A DNA stretch of 63,595 nt, counting the filler, from Octopus bimaculoides (lineage: Eukaryota): NCBI RefSeq assembly GCF_001194135.2. It is 7 parts of 7 records of this genome, joined end to end, with 100 filler letters (N's around TTAATTAATTAA, not from the genome) between each part and the next. Parts side by side here need not be neighbours in the genome. Positions count along the whole stretch, not along the records: positions 45,488 to 55,628 come from NC_068989.1; positions 55,729 to 59,464 come from NW_026344560.1; positions 59,565 to 62,269 come from NC_068982.1; positions 62,370 to 63,595 come from NW_026359726.1; 3 more parts are not named here. One strand, 5' to 3'. A program made the translations under genes and the position numbers. Positions 51,525 to 62,480 of this stretch are shown one piece after another. Every line of letters begins with the position of its first letter. Position 1 is the first letter of the stretch. The notes beneath the pieces were generated by a model, which saw only the letters and a program-made list of their open reading frames with translations, had not been told where the DNA came from and did no database searches.

Positions 51525-52294
51525 TGAGTGAGTGAGACATGTAAACAATTCACTAACACTAATAAAGAAGTGGAATTGAACCTACGTGGTTGTTATTCCT
51601 ATTGGCGTAATGACACTACCAAGGTACAACAAAATTTGTTTCAAACAAAAATTCCCATTAAGAATTTTGCAAACGAAATACAAAAACATTTATTTGTAAT
51701 TTATCTTCTAATTCTTTTGTTCTTGAAATTTGAATTTATATCTTTGCGACATATTATTATAGAAATTTTAAACTCAGAGTGTTTGAAATGTCTCTTTGCT
51801 CGTGTCTTATATAGCTCATATTAGTGACATTTATATGTAAGTTCCAGCAGCAGATGGGAATAAGAATAGTATGCTTTCTTAGCATTTTGTTTCATACCTT
51901 CTCATATTGCTATAAATTATTTATAGCAGCACATATTTAATGTAAGAACTCCAGTAATTTTGCAACACACTTTATCATTATACTTGAGTTTAATTTACAA
52001 TAGTTGGCATCCGTCCGCTTGTGCTCCTGAAATGGATGCTTTGACATGCATCTTTCAAAGAACATATTTTTAATTAATGAAAATAGCATTCTACTGGTAA
52101 CTTTAATCTCAGTCTATGATTAATGACTACAATTGTAGTTCGTATGATAAGATACTTCTGATTGCCCTCAACCTGATTTTAATGAGATGGACCATTATTT
52201 TCTTCATCTCTTAAGGAATGCTTGGTTTAAATTTTATAAATAAACACAACATAAACACACATTCACACACACAGATACACAGACACACATACAT

Positions 52295-52325
<31 letters not shown>

Positions 52326-52644
52326 NNNNNNNNNNGCGTCTCATGCAGTGGATACTAATATACGTCACACTTATACACCGGCCATTCGAGTCTATACGAT
52401 TCGAGAAGGAATTTTGTCCATCCTTTTATTCAAAACAATTCTCGGAATATTACAAAGATGATAACAAATCTAAAATCTATTCTTGATGTAAATGACAATA
52501 TCAGGAGACTGATTACAATTAATGCATCTTCCTGAAGAAAACCACTATGTAAAAAATTACTGGAAAGGAAAAAGCATTTTGCCTGGTTTTCTAATGATTC
52601 TAATAGCACGCCACCCTAAAATCTCGTTTAATATAAATATACTA

Positions 52645-52870
52645 CAACGCAGCAAGCAAGTAGAATCTTTAAGCCCGCCGGGTATAATTCTGAGCGGTAT
52701 TTCATCCATGTATATATTCTGAGTTGAAAAATTTCGCCGGGGCCGACTTTGCCTTTCCTCCTATTGGGACTGATAAGATAGGTACCAGTTGAGCACTGTG
52801 GACGAAGTAATCGACATACACCCTTCCTCGAAATTGCTAGCATTCTGTCGAAATTTGAAACGAGTATTAT
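52645..52870 (+). mobile_element. SINE family B, degenerate
   Basis: GCCGACTTTGCCTTTCCTCCT...GATAAGATAGGTACCAG core. Confidence 0.7.
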
Positions 52871-53053
52871 TGTGCTATTTCACTACGTTGCATTTTCTAA
52901 GGATTGCTCAAAATTATTTCGCCTTAAAATGTAATGCTGATACATGTTATACATAAACACACATACATATATATATATATATATGCATGTATATCTGTAT
53001 GTATGTATGTATGTATGTATGCATGTATGTATGTATGTATGCAAGTATGTATC

Positions 53054-53096
<43 letters not shown>

Positions 53097-53629
53097 NNNN
53101 NNNNNNNNNNNNNNNNNNNNNNNNNNNNNNNNNNNNNNNNNNNNNNNNNNNNNNNNNNNNNNNNNNNNNNNNNNNNNNNNNNNNNNNNNNNNNNNNNNNN
53201 NNNNNNNNNNNNNNNNNNNNNNNNNNNNNNNNNNNNNNNNNNNNNNNNNNNNNNNNNNNNNNNNNNNNNNNNNNNNNNNNNNNNNNNNNNNNNNNNNNNN
53301 NNNNNNNNNNNNNNNNNNNNNNNNNNNNNNNNNNNNNNNNNNNNNNNNNNNNNNNNNNNNNNNNNNNNNNNNNNNNNNNNNNNNNNNNNNNNNNNNNNNN
53401 NNNNNNNNNNNNNNNNNNNNNNNNNNNNNNNNNNNNNNNNNNNNNNNNNNNNNNNNNNNNNNNNNNNNNNNNNNNNNNNNNNNNNNNNNNNNNNNNNNNN
53501 NNNNNNNNNNNNNNNNNNNNNNNNNNNNNNNNNNNNNNNNNNNNNNNNNNNNNNNNNNNNNNNNNNNNNNNNNNNNNNNNNNNNNNNNNNNNNNNNNNNN
53601 NNNNNNNNNNNNNNNNCGCTCATAATCCA

Positions 53630-53640
53630 GAAACGCGTCT
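53630..53640 (+). ncRNA. 3' half of a probable minimal hammerhead (GAAACGCGTC); 5' half would lie in the gap
   Basis: GAAAC-GC-GTC with palindromic stem III, 12 bp after an N gap. Confidence 0.35.
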
Positions 53641-53935
53641 ATGATTAACTTCGAATGGTTAGTTTTCATTGTTTTTTTCTTCTTGTTTTTGCCTTTGTGA
53701 GTTACAAGTAATGCTGTCTGTTGGAGTCTCAGCTTTTTTAGCTGCTATTTCTGAACTTCGGTATGTGGTGAAGCAAATGTTTGCTGATCCCTTAATTATG
53801 TTTATAAATGTATAAGAACTTTAAATAAGTTCTCCACCGATAATGGTGTTTACATACCGAAGGGCTCGGTAAAAATTATTAATTGTTGATTTATTAATAA
53901 ATTAATAAATTGATAAACATTTACCCTTTTAATTG

Positions 53936-53970
<35 letters not shown>

Positions 53971-54149
53971 GATGTGTTATAATACTATTCCACAGAGTCA
54001 TACCAACAAATATATATGTATATATATACATATATACACATATACACACACATATATACACACATACATATATTATATGTGTATATATGATATATATGAT
54101 TATGTGAGTTGTCCTTCTTTGTATTGTCTTCATGGTGTCTTTCGTGTCG

Positions 54150-54249
54150 TGGAGTATCCTGATGAGGAGAGTGTCTGTTCTTTTTAAAATAAGAAATTCA
54201 TGTCATGTTAACTGACACGTCTCCGAAACGGCCCGTCGATGAAACTTTT
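54150..54249 (+). ncRNA. Type I hammerhead ribozyme with canonical core
   Basis: CTGATGA 54159-65; stem II GGAGA-GTGTC/GACAC-G-TCTCC; GAAA 54225-28; stem III ACGG/CCGT; GTC cleavage triplet ending 54237; stem I TATC/GATG. Confidence 0.8.
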
Positions 54250-54979
54250 GGATCCATTGAACATTGTCTCTAATTGTAGTATATCCGTTTAAGGCTATAA
54301 AATGTCTGACTTACTACTTTCCACACGCTTTCTGTTCTAACTTGAAATCTTTAGTCCTTATAACATATTCTATGAACTTATAATTTACTATATCCTATTT
54401 CATATCGACATCATCTATTTTAAAATGCCTATGCATTTATAAATGTTTTTTTTAATATATTTTTAAATATCTAAGTGTTTTAAAATATTCTAAGTGTTTG
54501 GATTCTGACCTCTAATTTTTTATTCCTCTATAGCATAACGTGTGAACTTATAATTCACTGTTTTATATAATATCGACGTTTTTATATCTTATTATGTGTA
54601 TATTTTGAACTTATTTTACTTGTATATTTTTAGAAATGCCTATGTATTTATAAATGTTTTAAAATATTTTTATATATTTGCGGGCTTCTAAAAATATGTA
54701 TATGTCTATATGATTGTATCTTATTAATACTTCTATTGTGTTGAGCTTTATACCGCTTTATTACTGTCGAAGTAAGTGTGCATATATATTGAATATTCTG
54801 CTGGATAATAGGTCATGTCCCTCTAGTTTTCCGCTCGCATTGCCTCCACTCAAATCATAAATTGGAACTTAGCTCAACTTGAGCACTTCGATTCTAGCCT
54901 GTCTACGAGTATTGCTAATTAATAACAATATCTATAAAATAATATAATTTATATATATATATAAATATATATATATTGA

Positions 54980-55590
54980 ACAAAATTCTTGCACGTTGAC
55001 AGAGTGAGTTATTCGTTTCGCCAATGTAATTTTCTTTACAGTTGCCTATACTCCTTCAAAGCCCCAAGATGAAAACTCTGATTGAAAAAAACACCTTACG
55101 GAATAGCAGACGCCAACAAAAAAAAAAAACATTAAAAAACACCTCACAAGGCAGAATTCAGATCAGAGACTAAACCAGAATTCATAGTAAAAGAATGTGG
55201 TGATAGGAGATGTGGAACGTGTAACAATACCAACAACTACAAATACAAAGAGAGTGGTTCCCACATAAAATTCAAGAATGGATCTATTTTTAAAATAAAT
55301 GCAGATATGAACTGCAAAACACAAAATCTCATATACTGCATCACCTGTCCAAACTGTGAAGAAAATTACATTAGCGAAACAAATAACTCACTCTGTCAAC
55401 GTGCAAGAATTCACAGGCAACATATCCGACAAGAAGAACTAAGAATGATTCTATTGCGTAAACATCTGGAAATATGCGGAGACGGAAAGTTCAAAATCTT
55501 TCCCTTTCATAAATGTACACGGGACGATCTACAATACCGAAAGGCAATGGAACTACTCTTCATAAAAAAAAAATTTCCCCAAAGTTAAAT
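54980..55590 (+). pseudogene. Penelope-like GIY-YIG endonuclease fragment
   Basis: ECGDRRCGTC, MNCKTQNLIYCITCPNCEENYISET...QRARIHRQHI...RKAMELLFIKK. Confidence 0.88.
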
Positions 55591-55628
55591 GTTTGAAAGA
55601 GAAAAAAGAAAAACAGTGAATACATTTT

Positions 55629-55728
55629 NNNNNNNNNNNNNNNNNNNNNNNNNNNNNNNNNNNNNNNNNNNNTTAATTAATTAANNNNNNNNNNNNNNNN
55701 NNNNNNNNNNNNNNNNNNNNNNNNNNNN
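55629..55728. other. Artificial scaffold linker N44-TTAATTAATTAA-N44
   Basis: Identical 100-bp structure. Confidence 0.95.
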
Positions 55729-56559
55729 GACGCTGGCGTTCGGTCATGTAAAAACAAACAATAAATGAGCACATGCACACATATGCACAGGCATGTGCAC
55801 ACCTACGTCCACCTGCATACACAGGTGCACATCTGGGCACAGGACACCGCAAACAAAACGTAGACAAGAAAACAATAACAACCAGAGTACAGAAAACANN
55901 NNNNNNNNGAGAGGAAGAGAGGAATATAGTAGTAACAGAAGGAAGTACGAGGGGGAAAAGAGAGAGATATAGTAGTAACAGAAGGAAGAACGTGAGGGGT
56001 AAAGAGAGATACGTAGTAGTAACAGAGGAAGAACGAGAGGGGGAAAAAGTGATAGAGAAAGAGATAGAGTCGCGTCAGAAAATATAAAGTTGAAATAACT
56101 ACTTACAACAGTGATGACGCTGGCGTTCGGTCATGTAAAAACAAACAATAAATGAGCACATGCACACATATGCACAGGCATGTGCACACCTACGTCCACC
56201 TGCATACACAGGTGCACATCTGGGCACAGGACACCGCAAACAAAACGTAGACAAGAAAACAATAACAACCAGAGTACAGAAAACACACAAGCCACATAGA
56301 GAACATTTTCCTTCATCAGTTACCCCCGTTTTCACACCGGCGTTTCGAAGAGTTGGGCAGGACGCATCGTTAAAATGGCTCTTCCCATGGACCGCAAATT
56401 AAATTTGTATATATATATATACTAGTGCGAACACAGTCTTTAAGATAGCGTATTTTACACTATCATATATTTGTGTAATATCTATATACATAAGTATACA
56501 TATACAATGCAGTAATTAAGAATGGAGCAGAAAAGTCTTTGCATCTGATATGGAGTAGC

Positions 56560-57800
56560 TGAAATATTTGCAAACTCCTTAGTCCGATAGCATAGTCTGA
56601 TGTGTTAAACCCAGCCTCATTACAGCCTCTTTGTAACTATGGCAAACTACACCATTAATAGTCTTCATATCTTCAAACGATGGAGATTTGGAATATGATA
56701 TAGTAAAGCTCACAGATAGAATTGCTTTTGTTCCTTTAGTGAAACAATGTAGACAGGCCCAATTGAGTGTGTATTAGTTTTTCTGAGATGCCACTATTAT
56801 TCCATGTGAAAAATTCAGGGAAATCAGTATGGTGTAAAGTACTGCAAATTAGCTGGTGATTCCCAGTTAACTCACATCCATTCAGTGAGAGTGGATCTGT
56901 CATATGTATGGATAACATGTTCAGTACCATTATCGTCATTAAGTAAATGTATTGCTGTTGGGATAAATGAACTGTAAGCCGTTTGACTGCAGGATATGAA
57001 CCATGTAATTTGAACCCTAAAATCCTCCAGACTGCCTCTGATGAGGATGTATAGTGGCCATTGATATAATTTTTGTGTATTTGTTGTGCATTGGTTTGTC
57101 CACTAATGTTGACTGTCACCCGATTATGACTTTTGTGAATATATTTGCTAATATATTTAACTGATTTTACAGATGCACGTATCTCTACATTACAATGACC
57201 TCCATATTTGACTAAAAAGAAGGGGGAATATGGTACTACTGAACGATTATCTAATTCAACATTAGACTTTGTAAAATGTAAAACCATTATTTTGACGTCA
57301 GTAAAGTGGATAGCCATTAAAACCGTGTAACGTATTTTCCTGAAAGTCTCTAGGGAAATGTTTTTTACATTTCCTATCAACCATACATGTTGCATGGGGT
57401 TTATCTCTTCCACGTGGACCATGTAGCATGCTTTTGGTGACATGTTGAAACAGAATTGGTTGTGTTTGTGGATTTGGAAGATCTGCATAAACAAAATTAT
57501 CATAATGTTCTGGATCTTTTTTAATATGAACAGCATATGAAAATGAGGTAGTCCATGCTTTATAGTCCACATGTACCCTGCAATCTCTGCCAAAACATTC
57601 TTCTCCAAAATATCATGCAAGAGATCCCTAAGTTTCGTATTAAATACTCTGTCAGTTAAACCTGGCCTGTCAGCTGGTGTCTGTCCTGGATAAAGTTCGT
57701 CTGTGCTACCGGTCGAGCAACAAAAATTCTGACACAAATGAAAATTACGGAGATGTACTTGCATAGAAAGTGACATGATCTAAGATCCTGTGCTGAAACA
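56560..57800 (-). pseudogene. Helitron Rep-domain fragment (second family)
   Basis: DRPGLTDRVFNTKL, KHGLPHFHMLF, MLHGPRG...CMVDRKCKKHFPR, LDNRSVVPYSP, SVKYISKYIHK, EAVWRILGF. Confidence 0.9.
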
Positions 57801-57886
57801 AAAACAATTGCAGCGTGGAAGATAATTGTATGCTATTTAAGAACACACAAAAACCGTTAGATTCACTTCAATATTTCAATTTAATT

Positions 57887-58190
57887 TCTTTGTAAGCCTG
57901 GTACTTATTCTATCAGTCTCTTTTAGCTAAACCACTAAGTGACGGGGACGTAAAAAACCAGCATCGGTTATCAAACGATGGTGGGGGGACAAGCACAGAT
58001 ACAAATAACAGATACACACACATATATATATGACGGGCTTCTTTCAGTTTCCATTTACCAAATCTACTCACAAGGCTTTGGTCAGCCTGAGGCTATAGTA
58101 TAAGACACTTGCTCAAGGTGCCACGCAGTAGGAGTGATCCCGGAACCATGTGGTTGGGAAGCAAGATTCTTACCACAGCCACTCCTGCAC
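57887..58190 (-). mobile_element. SINE family A
   Basis: Homologous to 1462-1888. Confidence 0.8.
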
Positions 58191-58250
58191 CTGTGCACAC
58201 AGCCACTCATTGTATATATATATATCTGTAAATATGTGACAATCATTCGG

Positions 58251-58319
58251 TAGCCATAATAAAACTCCGAGTTTCGGATGTCGGAAACTCACGCTGCCAT
58301 CTCTTCAGTTATCTGGCCA
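58251..58319 (-). ncRNA. Type I hammerhead ribozyme with canonical core nucleotides
   Basis: Minus strand: TGGCCAGATAA CTGAAGA GATG...CATC(C) GAAAC TC-G-GA GTT TTATTATGGCTA; about 11-bp stem I with one bulged A, palindromic stem III, GUU triplet. Confidence 0.72.
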
Positions 58320-58349
58320 TCGAAAAAATGCTATGAAAATGACCGCTAA

Positions 58350-59464
58350 ACAAAGGGAAATTACTGTGTGATTGACCGTTATTAAGACAAAAGAGCAATT
58401 AGAATGACCGCTAAGTGAGGGGAGGGAGTAAAAATGTCTATAATATTCGTTAAGTGCACCAGTCCATACATACACATGTGCGCCCGCGCCTATATGTATA
58501 TACTCATCCACCCTCACTTGAAACACACACATGCTCACCCACACATTCGCCAAAAAATATATACATACTCGCATACACGCACACGCACACACACACGCGC
58601 GCGCAACACGCTTGCACACATACACACGCGTGCAAAAAAAGTTCATGCACACGTCTATATACGCACATACACAAGAAAAAACAGGGCTAAAGACAAAATA
58701 CAGAAAAAAGTGAAAAGGGGGTAAAGAAAACAAATAAAGGTAAAACACGTCTATATGCGCACATACTCGCATGCACGCACACACACGTCTATATACGCAC
58801 ATACCCGCACACACGCACACATCCACAAGCGCGCACATAAGGTTCCATATACACGTCTATATATGCACAGGAAAAATGCAGGGTGGAAGGTAGAATACAG
58901 AAAAAATATCTGTAAAAAATATGAGCGATAAACCTATAAAACAATATATCTATGGGTATGTGCGTATATACGTGTGTGTGTAAACGTGTGCGTATATACG
59001 TGTGCGTATAGACGTGTGTGTGTGCGTGTGTGTGTGCATGCGAGTACGTGCACATATAGACGTGTTTTACCCTTTTTTGTTTTTTTACACTTTTTCCTGT
59101 ATTTTGCCTTTAGCTCTGTTTTTTCTTGTGCATGGGCGTATATAGACGTGTGTACGAACCTTTCTTGCGCGCGTGTGTATGTGTGTGAGTGTGTGGCGTG
59201 CGCGTAGGTGTGCGAGCGTGTATGCGGATATGCATATATTTTTTGGTGAATGTGTGGGTGAGCATGAGTGTGTTTCAAGTGAGGGTGGACGAGTATAGAC
59301 ATATAGGCGCATGTACGTGGGTGTGCGGGCACGCATGTGTACGTATGGACTGGTGCGCTTACGCGAATACTATGGACATCTTTACTCCCTCCCCTTACTT
59401 AGCAGTCATTCTAGTAGTTCTTTTGTCTTAATAACGGTCAATCACACAGTAATTTCCCTTTGTT
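58350..59464. repeat. About 1.1-kb diverged fold-back (inverted repeat), right end cut by linker
   Basis: 58350 AACAAAGGGAAATTACTGTGTGATTGACCG is the reverse complement of 59435-59464; homology continues inward to about 58810/58970. Confidence 0.85.
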
Positions 59465-59564
59465 NNNNNNNNNNNNNNNNNNNNNNNNNNNNNNNNNNNN
59501 NNNNNNNNTTAATTAATTAANNNNNNNNNNNNNNNNNNNNNNNNNNNNNNNNNNNNNNNNNNNN
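59465..59564. other. Artificial scaffold linker N44-TTAATTAATTAA-N44
   Basis: Identical 100-bp structure. Confidence 0.95.
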
Positions 59565-59876
59565 TTTGTGTATGTTGTATCCTATCTAGTTCATTGACTC
59601 CTAAATACTTATATGGTTGGCTTTCGTCTAGTTCTCTTATTTCATTGGCTTTATCTAGTGTTATATTGCTACTTTTAACTAATTTTCCTCTTTTCGGGGT
59701 TGCTTTGGCACATTTTTCTAATTCGAATTTCATATCTATTTCCTTGGTAAAGCCGTGTACTGTCTGTAGTAGTGTTTCTAGCTCTTTGTCGTTTTTTGCA
59801 TATAATTTTAGGTCATCCATATATAGAAGGTGGCTGACTGTTTTTCCGTAGCATTTGTAACCGCATCCAGTTCTAT
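59565..59876 (-). mobile_element. 5'-truncated R4/Dong-type RT fragment
   Basis: GCGYKCYG..VSHLLYMDDLKLYAKND...MKFELEKCAK...PYKYLGV. Confidence 0.88.
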
Positions 59877-59911
59877 TATTATTATTATTACTATTATTAT
59901 TATTATTATTA

Positions 59912-59952
<41 letters not shown>
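59877..59952. repeat. (TTA)n microsatellite abutting the R4/Dong fragment
   Basis: Directly visible. Confidence 0.95.
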
Positions 59953-60794
59953 GAGAAAACTCTCGTTTCACTTGCCAGTTCTCTATTTTTATTAATCTAG
60001 AAGACGTTTCTGTGTATAATTAAATTAGTAAATATAATTATATTATGGAATTGAAACATTTTACTACATGGCTAAAAGAATATATTGATAACTAAACCTA
60101 ATATTTAGAAAAAATTCATTGGAGGCTTTCCTACTCAGAGGTAAACTAAAATCAGTAGAACTGAGAATTAACATCAAACTACATACCTGGAAGTTTACTC
60201 GTTTTTTCATTATTCACTACAGTGTATTGTAGGTATAAGCTTTTTATAACAAAGCTCTGCATTTCATTCAAATTAGACCAAAGATAAAATGAATTTCAAT
60301 AAAAGAAGGTATATGTACCATAGATATAATATATAATGTATTTGTCGTACTATTTTATTAATTAGAAATTATGATGGTGACGGGATCGCTGCAATTGAAA
60401 TAGTTTACCTTTAATATAATTCATTGGTTGCGTGATACTTGAGTTTTCTTTCTAACACAATATTTAGCCTCTGTTACCATTTCAAACATTTCCCTTCGAC
60501 AGTAAAACAGTGTTGTTCTTTGATGAATGATTATCGAATCACAGAATATGTCAATACAATATCATTTATTACTCTGCATGCTGGAGGTCTACAATATTCT
60601 TCAGATCATACTGAAGGAGGTACATACTGTCGTGAGGAGGTTCACGTCAATATACTGAAACGATGTTTCCTGAGGCTAAACAGCAGTAATAATCGTCCCT
60701 TCCAGGACAGCCACATTATGTTGGCAATAACCTTTACTTTAAAGCACTTTTACTGAATATCGCTCTTTGAAAGATTTAGAAATAATAATGTTTC

Positions 60795-60833
<39 letters not shown>

Positions 60834-61453
60834 TATATGGGTATGTATATATATATACATATATTTATATACATATACATATATATACAAACATATATAT
60901 ANNNNNNNNNNNNNNNNNNNNNNNNNNNNNNNNNNNNNNNNNNNNNNNNNNNNNNNNNNNNNNNNNNNNNNNNNNNNNNNNNNNNNNNNNNNNNNNNNNN
61001 NNNNNNNNNNNNNNNNNNNNNNNNNNNNNNNNNNNNNNNNNNNNNNNNNNNNNNNNNNNNNNNNNNNNNNNNNNNNNNNNNNNNNNNNNNNNNNNNNNNN
61101 NNNNNNNNNNNNNNNNNNNNNNNNNNNNNNNNNNNNNNNNNNNNNNNNNNNNNNNNNNNNNNNNNNNNNNNNNNNNNNNNNNNNNNNNNNNNNNNNNNNN
61201 NNNNNNNNNNNNNNNNNNNNNNNNNNNNNNNNNNNNNNNNNNNNNNNNNNNNNNNNNNNNNNNNNNNNNNNNNNNNNNNNNNNNNNNNNNNNNNNNNNNN
61301 NNNNNNNNNNNNNNNNNNNNNNNNNNNNNNNNNNNNNNNNNNNNNNNNNNNNNNNNNNNNNNNNNNNNNNNNNNNNNNNNNNNNNNNNNNNNNNNNNNNN
61401 NNNNNNNNNNNNNNNNNNNNNNNNNNNNNNNNNNNNNNNNNNNNNNNNNNNNN

Positions 61454-62269
61454 AATAATAATAATTGTAATGACGGCGACAATATTAGCCCACGTAACCA
61501 TACCCAAATAACAAATAGCACGACAATAGATGAATCACTAAACCTAGACCCAACACAAAATAGCAGCACACCTTATAATCCTTCCGCATTAAATAATGAC
61601 ACTACCACTAATAATAGAATACCCAACTCAACCTCTAATAATAATCCTAATAATAATCAAGATAATAATTATACCAGCCACGATTCTAATAATATTACTA
61701 ATAGAAATAATATGTATAATACCAATGTTATCGGCAGAACGAATCGAGGTGATGTAACTTCGAACGACCCAAATAGAGGTAGCAGCAATAATTATAACAA
61801 CAATGTAAGCGTAAACCCTAACCACCCGGGAACTGGCATAGATAATAATACTATAAACAGTTACCCCACAAATGTAAGCATAAGACGACCTAACAATTAT
61901 AAAATCGGTTGCAATTGTGTAACACTTTCGACATGTCCCTTACGCGGAAACTGCTTAGCTAAAAATGTAATATACTCTTGCGAAATTATCACGGAAACTA
62001 ACACCCTCACCTACCTTGGATGCTCTTCATCATGGAAATCTAGGTTTTATAACCACGGATCTTCGTTTAGACTCAGACATAAGGCTAACAACACCTCATT
62101 ATCTAGTAGAATTTGGGAGCTTAAGGACGACAAGATTAATTTTAACCTTAGATGGTCAATTGTTGGATCGGCCCCAACGTATAAAGATAATAGAACTGGT
62201 TGCCAGTTATGCTCCCTTGAACTTTTGAAAATTATTAAATTCCCCGATAAGAATAAGCTAGTTAATAAG
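61454..62269 (+). CDS. Open frame: Asn-rich segment followed by a Penelope-type GIY-YIG endonuclease (both ends in gaps)
   Basis: CNCVTLSTCPLRGNCLAKNVIYSCEI...TYLGCSSSWKSRFYNHGSSF...TSLSSRIWELK...W...CQLCSLE; no stop codon between the two gaps. Confidence 0.8.
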
Positions 62270-62369
62270 NNNNNNNNNNNNNNNNNNNNNNNNNNNNNNN
62301 NNNNNNNNNNNNNTTAATTAATTAANNNNNNNNNNNNNNNNNNNNNNNNNNNNNNNNNNNNNNNNNNNN
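62270..62369. other. Artificial scaffold linker N44-TTAATTAATTAA-N44
   Basis: Identical 100-bp structure. Confidence 0.95.
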
Positions 62370-62451
62370 GTTCAAATTTATAGAAAACAAAAGACGAAGA
62401 CAGGTAAGGGAACAACAAACAGGTGTATTAGTTTGACGCTCTGGAAGAATG

Positions 62452-62480
62452 GACGTTTCGAGCCTACACTCTTCGGCAGA
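62452..62480 (-). ncRNA. Degenerate copy of the variant hammerhead-like family
   Basis: Minus strand CTGCCGAA GAGT GTAG GCTC GAAAC GTC; stem I disrupted. Confidence 0.35.

Noticed and set aside
55729-56290. Exact about 170-bp direct repeat (55729-55898 versus 56117-56286)
   Set aside because: Identical copies, the first ending at a 10-N gap at a segment start; most likely an assembly overlap. Similar echoes flank the short gaps at 32449 and 35928
60439-60756. Possible Tc1-like transposase relic
   Set aside because: Only vague similarity (VNILK, FQDS); no TIR or catalytic triad seen
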